Part shown: one piece after another, positions 10,957 to 23,600 of the stretch | How positions within the stretch are numbered: the first letter of the stretch is position 1 | Layout: the number at the start of each line of letters is the position of its first letter | Origin: Podarcis melisellensis | Lineage: Eukaryota | Reading direction: 5' to 3' (one strand) | Length of the DNA: 64,000 nucleotides | Assembly (NCBI GenBank): GCA_964234715.1 | Contig: OZ174276.1 | Made by a program: the position numbers and the translations under genes | Notes under the pieces: generated by a model | What the model saw: only the letters and a program-made list of their open reading frames with translations | The model's database searches: none | Told to the model about the DNA's origin: nothing

Positions 10957-11649
10957 TCAGCCTGATACTGAGGTAAGTTCATAATCACTGGATGCACTGA
11001 ACTGCCTCTCCACTTTCTTTTGTTCCTTGATCTTCTGTGCAACGTCAACTTTCTTCTCAAAGTAGTTTACCAGTACTGTCTCTGTAAGCATGGAGGCCAA
11101 GATCTGTTCAAAGGAAATGGACCAGTCTGTGTCAATGGTACTGCCATATCGCGCAGCTGAACTGCCAGCCTCACAACCGACCAGCACTGTGTCGTCTGCA
11201 ATATCTTCGCACTGCAGAGAGCCTGTGCTGACCATGGAGTATGAAGACATGGACATATCGTCTTTAGTTTCATCATCTGAAAACAGCTGTATTGGAGATC
11301 CTGGACCCTCACCACCTCCATCTACCAAAATCTGGTTTTCCTGTTGCTGTTTCTCAACCTGAATGTCTCCAGAAGCTTTTTCTTCTGCAGTAGCTTGCGA
11401 ATACTGCTCCACAGTTGAATTCTGACTCTGGTCAGATGTTGGAGACTCTTCTTCACTTACTGGGTCCTGAACGCTGTTTGCTTTTAAGTCATCAGCTTTC
11501 TTAGCAGGCTGGTGGGAGAACTTTTTGCCTACCTCCCCAATGCGCAGGAGAAGGCTGGCAACAGTGGCAATAGCATGGTACAGCTCTTGCTCCACAGGGT
11601 CTTCACTGAACATATTGTAAAGGGTCTTGCAGAGCTCTATAAATTGCTC
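10957..11649 (-). CDS. TBC1D9B: TBC1D9B exon 22, terminal coding part
   Basis: 693 nt; [14 protein letters not shown] ... [15 protein letters not shown] ... VSG*. Confidence 0.96.
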   Translation of the reverse strand, partial: EQFIELCKTLYNMFSEDPVEQELYHAIATVASLLLRIGEVGKKFSHQPAKKADDLKANSVQDPVSEEESPTSDQSQNSTVEQYSQATAEEKASGDIQVEKQQQENQILVDGGGEGPGSPIQLFSDDETKDDMSMSSYSMVSTGSLQCEDIADDTVLVGCEAGSSAARYGSTIDTDWSISFEQILASMLTETVLVNYFEKKVDVAQKIKEQKKVERQFSASSDYELTSVSG

Positions 11650-14600
11650 CTTGAAAAGAGACAGATGCACATTATAACAACTGCTTAGAGTTTAGGTGCA
11701 AAATATTCAAACTGACAATGCTGCAAAACAACAAGCTTACCAGTCACAAATTCAAATAAACATTATTTTATTATCTCAAGCTAGCAATCATGCTGACAAC
11801 ACAGAAAATGTTGCAAAATGTAATGCATTTCCACTTGAGATGTGCACTAATGTTTCATATATGAAAACTGAATGCAAAGAACCAAAATTAGCTGTCTTTT
11901 AAATGTTACCAAGTTAACTTGGCTAAACTCCACATTTCTAAGGGTTGGGAAAATCCCATTTCCACCCGTCTGCTCATGAAGAAGTGTAATGACAGTAGCA
12001 GACAATTCCTCCTTGGGTGGTGCTGAGGAAGGCAGAAAATGAAATGCAGGCCCCCAGCCACCCCACCCTCTTTCTTTCCCTAGAATGTCCCTGAGCTGCA
12101 CCACCCAGAGACATTTCTCTCAGCAAAAGGGAATGGTGATACCAAGAGCTCCCTGTCTTGGCCAAAGCAGACATGGTCTTCTTCTCTGCTTCTTTGCATT
12201 TTATCCTCCTCCAGCAATCAGCCACATATCCCTGGCTTGGCTAAATCAGAGAACACAACCCTTCATGAGGATGTGACCCATGCCAGTCTTAGAACAGCTC
12301 TCCTTTATTGCCTGGTAAAATATGGTACAATGATAAAACCACCAACCCTTCTGGCTCATTCAGTATCTTAAATCTAGGCAAATACTATTTCAAAAATTCA
12401 TCTTAAAAAGCATAACAGATCTTAAAATAAATTCCTACCTGACTCATTTTAGGAAGATCTTTGATAGTTTCTTTTTTGGAATCTTTTTCCTTGGCCCAAA
12501 TTCGCAGGTGATATCTGTAATCTTGGGGACTGGTGCCCTTTTCCTCTGAAAGGAAAACCAAATCAGCATAACCAACGCAAAACTGTATGATGATGCATTT
12601 TATTGACTTCGGTGACCTTGACATACATTTTGAGATTTATTTTATTTATTTTTAAACTTTCTGCCATAATATGCTGCTTCAAACTGGCAGCAATAAGTAA
12701 AAGTTCTGCTGAGGCCTGGAACACACACCAAACATAACAAAACTGTTGAAAGGACTATTAAGACGTTGGTTTAATCAAGGCATTTTATTCTATGTTAAAG
12801 GGAAATGTTAAAACCAGGAAACGAACTAGGTTGAGGTTCTGGGGAGAGATAATTTATGAGTCACAGTAAGGAAATGTTGGGATACGTCAGCCATTACAAA
12901 TAATAATTAATTACCTTGGTCTTTGGGGTTCCCATCTCTTGGTGCTTTCTCTTCCTGCATGGCTGCTTCTAATAAAACAGACAATAAAGCAGCAACTACT
13001 TTAAGAGAAGTACATGAAACAAAAGATAGCAAAATCATAGAACTGTAGAGTTGGAAGGGACCACAAAGGTGATCTAGTGCAACCCCTGCAGGAATCTTTG
13101 GCCCAACATGGGGCTCGAACCCACAACCTTGAGATTAAGAGTCTCATGCACTACTGACTAAGCTATCCCAGCAGGATACCAAACACACTGAATGATATAT
13201 AACAAAGCTAAGGGTGCATCCATAATTTGAGCAATGGCTCTGTTGTGTGTAGACATTGGACACTCATTGTGTTTTATATAGATGCACAGCCTTTTCTTAT
13301 AGATCAACCTCAGAAGAAACCACCAGCACATTTATTACAGAACCAAGATGCACAAAGTGCTGATCGGCCAGAAATTTGTGAAGTCATTTATTTTCCTTAG
13401 CCCTCAAAGCAATTTTTCAAGTTTAAAAACCAATCCTACTTTAAAAACAACAACGAAAAAAACAAAATAAAAAGGGGAGATGAACATACATTAAATTGAA
13501 TAAATGTCAAACTAGTGTTTTAAAAATAAAATTTTAAATAAGGTAAACAGCATGACTGAGGCATTTGAATAAGCTTTCAAATTATTGACCAATATGTCTG
13601 CCAGCTGGGGAAAACCTCCCAATGAATTCTAATTTACATGTACACACCCAAACACCTTTGATCCTGTACTGCTGGTGGTGGGGGGGGGGGGAGGAAGCAA
13701 CTGATGGTAAAAACATATGCTCAAACAAACAAACAAAATATTTTATTTTATTTTAAAATATTTCAGTTTAACTCATCTGCAATGGTAGAAATCTGACACA
13801 AAATGTCATAAGAATATATCAGTTATTTGGAGCTAGCAGCAACATGGTTTTTTAATTTAGAAAAAAATGACTACAGCGAGACACAACAGACTATTGGATT
13901 GTAAAGTTATAAAATATGTGGAGTGAGTGTGAATTAAGAGAAATTTGTTTTTCTGTTCCTCAAACTACTGGAACTAAAGGTTAAATGAAATTGGTTGATA
14001 ACTTGCTAAGGGCAAATAAAGTTAATATTTCTGCACATAAAACACAATAACATGAGATTCATGGCCATAAGACGATACTCACTGCTTAAAGTGTTATAAA
14101 AAACAGGAAAAAGATAACCAGTGCTATAGATAAACAACTTCATTTGTGGAATGAATCTTAATTATCAGACATTGTGCCTTTTCTAGGTCAAAAGTCTGTG
14201 AAGTGAATGTGGTATATATGGAGTTAGAGGAACTGATGATAGATTAAGAAAATAAAGTACGCTTGTTATGGTGACAGCTAGGTCGCTTAATCTATGATAT
14301 CTATCTATCTATCTATCATCTATCTATCTATCTATCATTTGAAATTATAAACTATTAATCAAAAAATCCTTAAGCAGTATACATAACACAATCATCAATA
14401 TACAAATAAAAGGAGCAAAATTTAAAAACAAGTATGCATAACTAAATCATATGTCTGGATAGGCTTCCTAAACTATTTTTTAAGGCATCTGAAACAATAT
14501 GTGTGTGCCTGTCTAACGTTAACACGGGGTGAATTCTATAGCACAGACCACAGCCAAGTGGTCAAACATGTAAGGAAAGGACAAGGAGATCTCCAAATAA

Positions 14601-17600
14601 AGGGCTGCCAAAGCTCTTAAGGCCTTTGTATGCCAATAAAATTAAGACCTTGATTTTGGTCTGGTAGCAAATTGACGACCAGTGCTGATCTTTGAGCAGA
14701 TGATCTCGCTCTGTCAGCCATTATGCTGCAGTATTCTGCACTAATTGCAGCTTCTAGACCAGCTGGAAGGGGAGCCCCACACAAAGTGCACTGCAGTAAT
14801 CTAATCTTGAAGTTAACAATGGCTAAACAACCACTGACAAAGCTTGACTCAGAAGGACCCCCCAGACTGTGTACCAGACTGCTCCTTCACGTGGAGTCTA
14901 ACACCGTGCAGCACAGGTAACTGGTTGATTTCTTGGACACACGAACGACTCACCCATAGAGCATCCACTCTGCTGCCACACATTGAAGAGCAGCACTAAA
15001 GCAATTCCATTTTAAATGAGCTTTCCCTCACATAGTAGGCAGGTAAATTTTAGTACATCAATAGTGGCCCACCTTTGCAAGGGCGGGCAGACTAACCTTG
15101 AGAATCACAATGCAGGAAGAGATCCAGTTCTGAGACAAAGGGAGATACTAGAGAAGCAAAGAGAAGAGAGAGGGGGGGAAGAGGAAGGGGGGTTGAGGTC
15201 AGGGAATAAATTCAAGATAGAACGAGAGAGAGTTAAAATACAGAGCAACAGAAACAAGTGAGGAAAACAAAAATGGAAACAAGATTTGAGCAATAGCCTG
15301 GGCAGAAAAAGCCATCTGATAAGTGGTTTTAGTCTTCCTTAGTAGCAGCCAGTCAATGCTTCATATAAAAGGAGAACATCTCTTCACAGTCCACAACAGA
15401 GGCTAAAGCATTTTATTGACACAATCCTGCTTAGAGGAATAGCTAAGAAAGCCACCATTGAATATTCATTCCTACAATCAGATGAGAACCAATCCCTGTT
15501 ACCTTCTGTAACATTATCTTCTGTGAAGTAACGTGCGGCCTCCAGAGCAGACTCTGCTTCCTCTGGGCTCAGAGCTGTACAAAGAAAGAAAAGTATAAAG
15601 CCATGGCCTTTTTATTTATTTTAATTCTTCCCTGTTTTATTTGAAGAATTTAAGGTAGCTTACAAACAATAAAAAGCCTAAGCTAGCCTTGGGCTTGTGT
15701 GCTTCCCCACTCCACTCCAGCGTGGCCACAATGAGGAGACTCAAAGCTTATACATCCATTTTTCACAAACTACAGTTAGCTGTATGTCTGAACCTAAAAC
15801 TGTGGTTGTATGAACTAGCCATCTTCAAGCCATGTTTTATGAAAAAAGCTTTTTCCTGGACTATGGGATGTGGGTGGCGCTGTGGGTTGAACCACAGAGC
15901 CTAGGACTTGCCGATCAGAAGGTCGGTGGTTCGAATCCCCGCGACGGGGTAAGCTCCCGTTGCTCAGTCCCAGCTCCTGCCAACCTAGCAGTTCGAAAGC
16001 ATGTCAAAGTGCAAGTAGATAAATAGGTACTGCTCCAGCGGCATTTCCGTGCGCTGCTCTGGTTCGCCAGAAGCGGCTTAGTCATGCTGGCCACATGACC
16101 TGGAAGCTGTACGCTGGCTCCCTTGGCCAATAAAGTGAGATGAGCGCTGCAACCCCGAAGTCGGCCATGACTGGACCTAATGGTCAGGGGTCCCTTTACC
16201 TTTACCTTAGGTTTGGACTTAACAGCAAAATGTGATTTAATGCTTGAGAAGCTCATGTATGCAATGACAGACTATTGTTTATTGTTAAATTCAAATCTGA
16301 CCTGTGCTATATATGGACACAAGTATTCAAGTTCTTCAATAGGCAGATTAACATGATAGCAATTTCTAAATAATATTCAGGTCACTTTTTCTGCTCTACT
16401 CATTTCAGTAAGCCCAACCCAAGTTTCTTAAAGACAGGAGAAGAGATGACACATACAGGAAGAGCTGCAATGAAGAATCACAGAGAGAATCTCCCAAAGC
16501 ACTGGCCCAAACATAAAAGGCTACTCAGATAAGCCACTGAACTGGCACAGGGAGAAGTGTACATAGGGAGAAGTGTACTGCCACAGGGAGGTGTACTCCG
16601 CGTGACCCCCAAACTCTTGGGCCAGATATTAATTTCATTGATTAAACCACACCAGTGAAGTGAATTAAAACCTTTAGCTCTTGTAAGTTATTTTAAAATC
16701 ATTTCTCAATGTAGCTGAAGGAGCTGGTCATGATAAACCAGAATTACATTTCCAATTGGTATAGACTGACACCTTAGGAAAATGAAACCTCAGTGAACAC
16801 AGAATACTGAACGCTTACCAAGACATAACGTATTTGAAAGAACCTATTACCAACTTTAACAGGTTGCAGCATTCAGGTACCACCAATGTACATTTGAAAG
16901 AAATAAGTGGTTCACCTGGAGGTAGGTGTAGTTTGTAAAGAAGTTTTAGCTTCTCAGTCAGATCACCATGATACATTCCACCTATTAGGAATAGGGAGGA
17001 AGGGAAAATAAATTTAGCATTAGAAGACACTTCAAAAAAAATCTGAAAAGGTTATTATGCTGGATATCTGCCTGATATGCAGACATTTAGCAAGTGAAGC
17101 TTTCCCATATCCACACTGAAATTTTTGTATGTCATCACAGAGCTTGTTTATGTTTCCCCTCTCAACAGCCTTGTGAGGTAGGTCACACTATTCTAATTTA
17201 GAGATGGAGAGCTGAAGATCATAGCTATTGACTTGGCCAAGGTCAAACAGTGAATACATGGCAAATGTAAGATTCAAGTCAGGCTTCACAACCAAACCAC
17301 ACTGGTTCGAACATCTATCTATAGATCCTACACAAGCCATTAGAAGCTTTATCTGCTAATTTGGAGTAGAATGTGGCACTAGGAGAACTACCATTTATAT
17401 TTCTCACCCTACATCACAGAGTGGGGAAATGAATTGGCCTAATAATGAGAAAACATTTCAACCACAAACATATTATGAGGAAATCATTCAAATATGCAAT
17501 TGCATCATTCTCTCACAATTGACCAGCAGATAGGAGAAGCGGGGAGGAGGCAAGAATTTATGCTTCAGCAGTACATTGAATCTTTTATATAAGCCACTCA

Positions 17601-20600
17601 CTCATCCCTGTTGCAAACTCCTTGAAATTAATTAGTGCATCTTTGTTCTCATCCAACAGTCGGAACATTCTTTCTGCTAGCACTGGTGTGTGGAGGCCAC
17701 AAGACCAAGGAGTAAGGGATGCAAACAACTCCTTGAACTGCTCCATGTTAATGCGGTACTGCTCTAAGTAGGGCAGGCTCTGGTCTCGCTGGGCAGATAC
17801 AGTGTGATTTCCCCAATAACAGCTCATTAGGTGTTTTGCCTGTGAAGGGAAGGTGGTACTATAATTATTGTGGTCGGACAATAATTACATTTTCAAAACT
17901 TCAGTCTTGAAGCCAACCCAAACCCATAGGTGATGGTGGGGAAACCTGTGAGCTGAACACCAACACCATTTTACATTTTTCAGGCTTGGAAATAACTTTT
18001 AATCAACTGCAACAGGCAGAAAAGATACTACAGTACATCTAAAGGTTAATCATAACAGTAAGATGGAGGTAGTGGTTCTCAGCAGATGTGGCTGAGCTAC
18101 AGCTCCTATTGTCCCTGAGGATTGGCCATCCTGGCTGGGGCTGGGGGGGAGTCCAAACACATTTGGAGGGTGCCACATTGACTGCCCCTGCAGTAAGCAA
18201 CACCACCAACTTGAGATGCAGATTCAGGTAGAAATGTGAATGTGAATGAAAGGTATGGAAATAAATGGCATTTGCTTCTGCAGTTCTATAGCCCTTTAAA
18301 CTTTCAATGAATGCTCGCATCAGTTGGAAGAATTCCACTTAAATCTGTTCAACAAGTAGATAAGTGAAATTAGATTCTTACTTCTCAACTGCAGCGGCAG
18401 AGGCTACGGAAACTGAATGTATTCATTAAGCTTGGAACAGCAGAGTACAAGTTAACAGATAATACTGTTACTAATAATTCTGGTTCTGCTCTCATGCTGC
18501 AGTCGCAAGGATGCTCAGTAGGGAATAAATCCCACTGAAATCAGTGGGCGTTATATATGAGAAAACATGCCAAGATTACACTGTACGTTGGTAAATAAAA
18601 TACACTAAGGATTACTATGGAGCAAGTCCCAGTGAAATTTACTTCTGAGCAAACATGCTTATGATTATGCTGTATATTGTTAAATAAGCTTTTCTGCTGG
18701 GTTCCTACCTTAAATACTACATAGAGGTCTTCTAATTCTTGCATAGAAAAACCAATGTCACCAGATATAGCTCGGACCTACAGAAACACAAAGAAACAGA
18801 TATATTTTAATTATTTTTGCTGTGAACTCAGAAAAGTTAAATTAAAACACACCAGGAAGGTTACTTCGAACAAAGCATGACAAAATGACTTTCAAAGTCT
18901 GGGGACTTGACCGGAGAAAGGAAGGAACATGTAATGATTTTGAGCAGAATACTAAAGTCTGCATTTGGGAGCTATTGATCTGAGACAGGAAGATGCAAAA
19001 ACCTCAACAACAGCTAGAGAAGAGTAGCTCTATTCCCTTGAACTCAGGGGGTAAACACAGCAAAAAAGTGGTCAAAAACATTAAATGCATTTCCTGCTCT
19101 CAGTGCACTGTAATTGGAAGTGGGAACAGGAAATGTGTCAACTCCTTCATCCTTTCAGCTTTTATCTATTTGATCCACTCACTGTCAAACATCCACAAGG
19201 GCATTAGAGACATTCACTTGGAGACATCTGATCCTATCTGGAGGGAATGAACACCACAATGGCACAAACAACAGGGGGGGAAACAGAAGCAAGAAGACGT
19301 GAAAGCTATTCTTCCCTTGAGATTCTATGGCACAGGAGTTCTGAGGATGAGAAAGGTCAGTATCTCCTGTTGCCACACCCTCAGTGGAGGAAAAGAGGAG
19401 AGCTCAGTAGAAGGGTTATTTTTAAAAAGCCTGCCCATTTTTTCTCACAACTTTTTCAGGCCAACCTCTCATGTCTTCAGAGAAATATATGGCAATTTCT
19501 CAGATGCAGCAGATGCACCCCCAAGATCATCACTCACAATTCCTTAATTCAAAGGTGATACAAAACAACTCTCTGTAGAATAACTTTAAGCAAAGTGTCA
19601 TTCAGTGCATGCTAATCAGTCGATTACCTGATTTACTTTTTAAAAAACTCATCCTATCCACAAAGGTAAAAATTAGAAAAACAGCAGCATACCCAATACC
19701 TATAACACAAAACTGGGTGCAACATACCACACTTCTCTTAGCTGTGTCCTCTAAAGAATGGATCACTTTCAATCTCTGCTTAAAGCGCATCTGCTCAATG
19801 TCATCCGCTTTCAAATGGCCGAATTTCTGTAGTAATAAAAGTAAACAAGATTCATCTTTAGAGCCACAGCCATGAATTTGATGAAGCATTTGAAGATAAT
19901 TTCCTAAGCAATGATTTCACTGGGGAGAAAGTAAATCTCTGTCTAAAGCAGGCATGGCCAAACTTGGCCCTCCAACTCTTTTGGGACTACAATTCCCATC
20001 ATCCCTGACCACTGATCCTGTTAGGTAGGGATGATGGGAGTTGTAGTCCCAAACAGCTGCCTCTAGCAATGTTTGAAAGCCATGACTAGAAATACTAATG
20101 GCAGAAGAGGAAGGAAAAGATACATTAGCAAGCAGCAACAAGTCACTGTCTAAACAGGAGAAGTAAAACTTTACGGTTTTGCTTCCCTTCTATTGCATTA
20201 ACCATTCATGTAACATTTCGGAAGACTAGACTCAGATTTAATAAGGTTTATATGAAAGGTGGGGCAGAGGGAGAGAAGTAACATCAAGCCCATATCCAGA
20301 AATTGTGCATGTTTCGCAAAGAAGTTTGACTGATTAATACAAAATTTTATATCCCACTTTCCCCCATCAAAGGAGTCAAAGTAGCTTCCAAAATATAAAA
20401 ACAAACACGAAGATAAAAATAATAGTAATCCCATCTTTTAAATAATTACCCTGAACAACCCAAGATTAAAAGCAGCATGAAGGGGGGGAAAGGGGTGGGT
20501 GGGTGTGGAGTTTAACAAGGAATACAAGTCTGGTAAGGTATTTAAATAAAAAGGAGTGAAAAAATAAGACAGTACTTGACCTCATAGGCTGTTTTTATAA

Positions 20601-23600
20601 GTTCAAAGATATCAATTTCAACTGGTGGATCATCCCCACTTGTCAATAAGGCATGGAGGTGAGGAATACGTGGGAAAACATTTTGTCGATTAACTACGTT
20701 GTCCAGGTACCTACAGGAAAACCAAAAGTAAAAGACAGAACCTGGGATTAATGCATAACCCAAGTTTAGGGTTACCATTCTGAATAGTTTATATAGTTCT
20801 ACCGAGCCTGAATAATTCCACTGATGATTAATTCTCATTACTACTGATTCAATCTCTGTACAAATCGTTTATATGCTACAAGAAACCAAATGAACATACT
20901 ATATTGGTGAAAGGTTGAATAACAGGCGTTAACAGGAAAATGTAGGAACAGGCGTTAACAGGAAAATGTAGGAACAGGCGTTAACAGGAAAATGTAACAG
21001 GAAAACTCAAGGCAACATGCAAAAACTAGAATAAAATATGAATGATCAAAACAGGAAGTCCTCACAACCTCCCCTCTTTCTTCTGGCAGTTAGCTGGGGA
21101 GTAGCTGGTCATTCATTCAAAGGAGGGGAAGGGCAGGAAGGCAGCTGACCCCTGTACAAGTAAACCCACTGACTCACCGTTTATCTTTTAACATGTGTGA
21201 GGAACCTTTGGCCCTCCAGATGTTCCTGAACTACAAATCCCTTTTTCCTTGGCCTTTGGTCAAGCTTGTCATGTTTGCTGAAGCTGATGGGAATTGTACT
21301 TTAGCAGCTTCTGGAGGGCCAAAATGTTCCCCGCACCTGTCTCATAAGATGGCTGGTTGCTACTGTAATCTACTCTAAGACAGGATAGGCTGGGTAACAG
21401 CTGGTTCCAGCAGAACTGAATTGCTATCTGAAGCAAACCCTTCTTGAAAGACTTCATTACGATGATCAAAGTCAGCACTGTGATTGTTCATTTCTGACCC
21501 CTGCTAGCCCACATGCTCCTGGCTGAAAGAGATTTCACTAGCCTCTTTCATGGAAACCAGATTTCCTAGTTACATTTCTATTAATTTATCCATAAATTAC
21601 CGTATTTTTCCATGTATAAGACTAGGTTTTTTTTACCAAAAAATTAGGTTTAAAATTGGGGCTCATCTTATACACAGATAGTGCTGAGGGGTGTTTTCTT
21701 AATTTGAAGTCCCCCAAAATAGGGGGAGTCTTATACATGGGGGCATCTTATACACGGAAAAATATGGTACTTATAAATTTAAACACAAATTATCTATTTT
21801 GGCTAAACGGATCTTGCAGTTACAATAAATCTTTCTGGGCTTCACTCCCTATGGTGGACATATCTCACAACACACTGAAACATGGTGGCTGGCTTTGAGC
21901 AAATGGCTTTTTATTATTATCCTTGTAATAACTGGTCTCTGCCAAGTGAAAAGCAAGAAGCTTCAGTCACTAGCCAGGGATAAGAAGGAAGAATTAATGG
22001 TAGCTATTACCATATCCATTACCATTCATTTCATTGTGAAACAGAAAAATGAGGCTACCTGCCCAAGACAGTCATGGCCTCGCCTTCATCACAGCAGTTT
22101 AGCAGCTTCTCCATGTTGGCATCCAGGATGGCCAGAGATACCTGCAAGATGACCTTGATGCCTTCGTAGAAGAAACAGTCAACAATGACCACAGCACTTT
22201 CAAAAGGCATGACGCTGAGAAAGAGTGTGAGGAACCAAGAAAGCGATATGCTGGAAATGACTCCCAGGTCTTGCATCTTCTCAGACAGCTGGGGAAGACA
22301 GTCCCGTGTGAGCTCCTCAAAGATGCCCTGGTCTACCAAGGCACCTGAACAGGAAAAAGAGAGAGAAAGAGAAAGAGAGAGAGAGAGTTATCTGCAACAT
22401 GGAACTGGAAGTGTAGCATAGACTCAACATTACAGACAAGGGGCTGAGGTAAACCTAGAGCAAAACAAAAGTGCAGAGAATAACTGATTTGCCTTAGGGT
22501 GAAGTCACCTGTACACTCACCACTTGGCTTGCAAAGGAATATTGTGAGTGAGCAGCCGTCCACTAAAAATTATTGTGCTTGAGGAAGTGATGAAATGAAA
22601 TCTGAAAGCCCAACAGAACGTTTCTGTAGGGTGCATGGGGCCTGAAATGGGAAGGAGAGAATGAGGAAGTCTCACTGTCCAAGTGGAATTCCACTGGATA
22701 CAACCTTCTGACTGCAATATTTAGGTTACAATGGCTGTTTTACTCATGGGACATCATTACCTCATGTAGCAATCACTGAGTGTTAAGTATTAATATGTGA
22801 AATATCCCTTATTAGCTTCTTTAAAGGATAAGAACGATACTAAATTTAAAATGAATGTTATGTGTCTTTACTGAAATGACTGAACCTTCCACGCCTTTCA
22901 GAGCAAAACACAACCTGCAGGGAGACTCAGCAGTATGCTCATATACAATTAAACAATTCCATATATAAACTAAATATAAGGAATCTATATTTAGTTTAAT
23001 TTAGTTTAAATTTCTGAAGCCTTAGTAAAGGTCTCACTGCAGCCCAGTACCTATTACATTGCCTCACTCAGTCAAATATGTATTTTAACATTTCAGAAAA
23101 CCTTCAATCAATTTTCGATACTTCACCAGTCCTACTGATATTCCCTGGCAGTACCTGCCAACCTCAATCATTTTGGGCATTTAATTATTAATAACTCTAG
23201 TTTCTGAATTATTTTGAGAAGATGATATCAATTTCAGACTTGTGAAGCAATGGTATTGCTCAGTTCAGTGGAAGAGCACATTTTGCTCAAGCAGGCAAAA
23301 GCTAAAGAAACTAGGGAGGAGCTAGAGAGGAGATGCTAATATATTGACAGTTTTAGAATATTTGAATTGATTTAAGGAAGTATTTTTTTTTATTCTATCC
23401 GCTAAAGATAGGATTGGATGTAGCGGATATAAAATTGCATAAAGTCAATAGCAGATTAAACTTTTTTAAAAAAAATCCACACAAGAGAAATTAGGAATCA
23501 AACATAGTGGTTAGGAAGATACCAGAACTTCTGTCCTTGAAGATTTTTAATCACAGACTAGACAGGCAAGTGATTTGTCTTTTTCAAGGTATCTTGTATT

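Noticed and set aside
20711-22058. TBC1D9B intron 12 donor GTAGCCTC resembling the U12 consensus GTATCCTT
   Set aside because: Two mismatches, no TCCTTAAC branch site near the acceptor, and a normal U2 pyrimidine tract.
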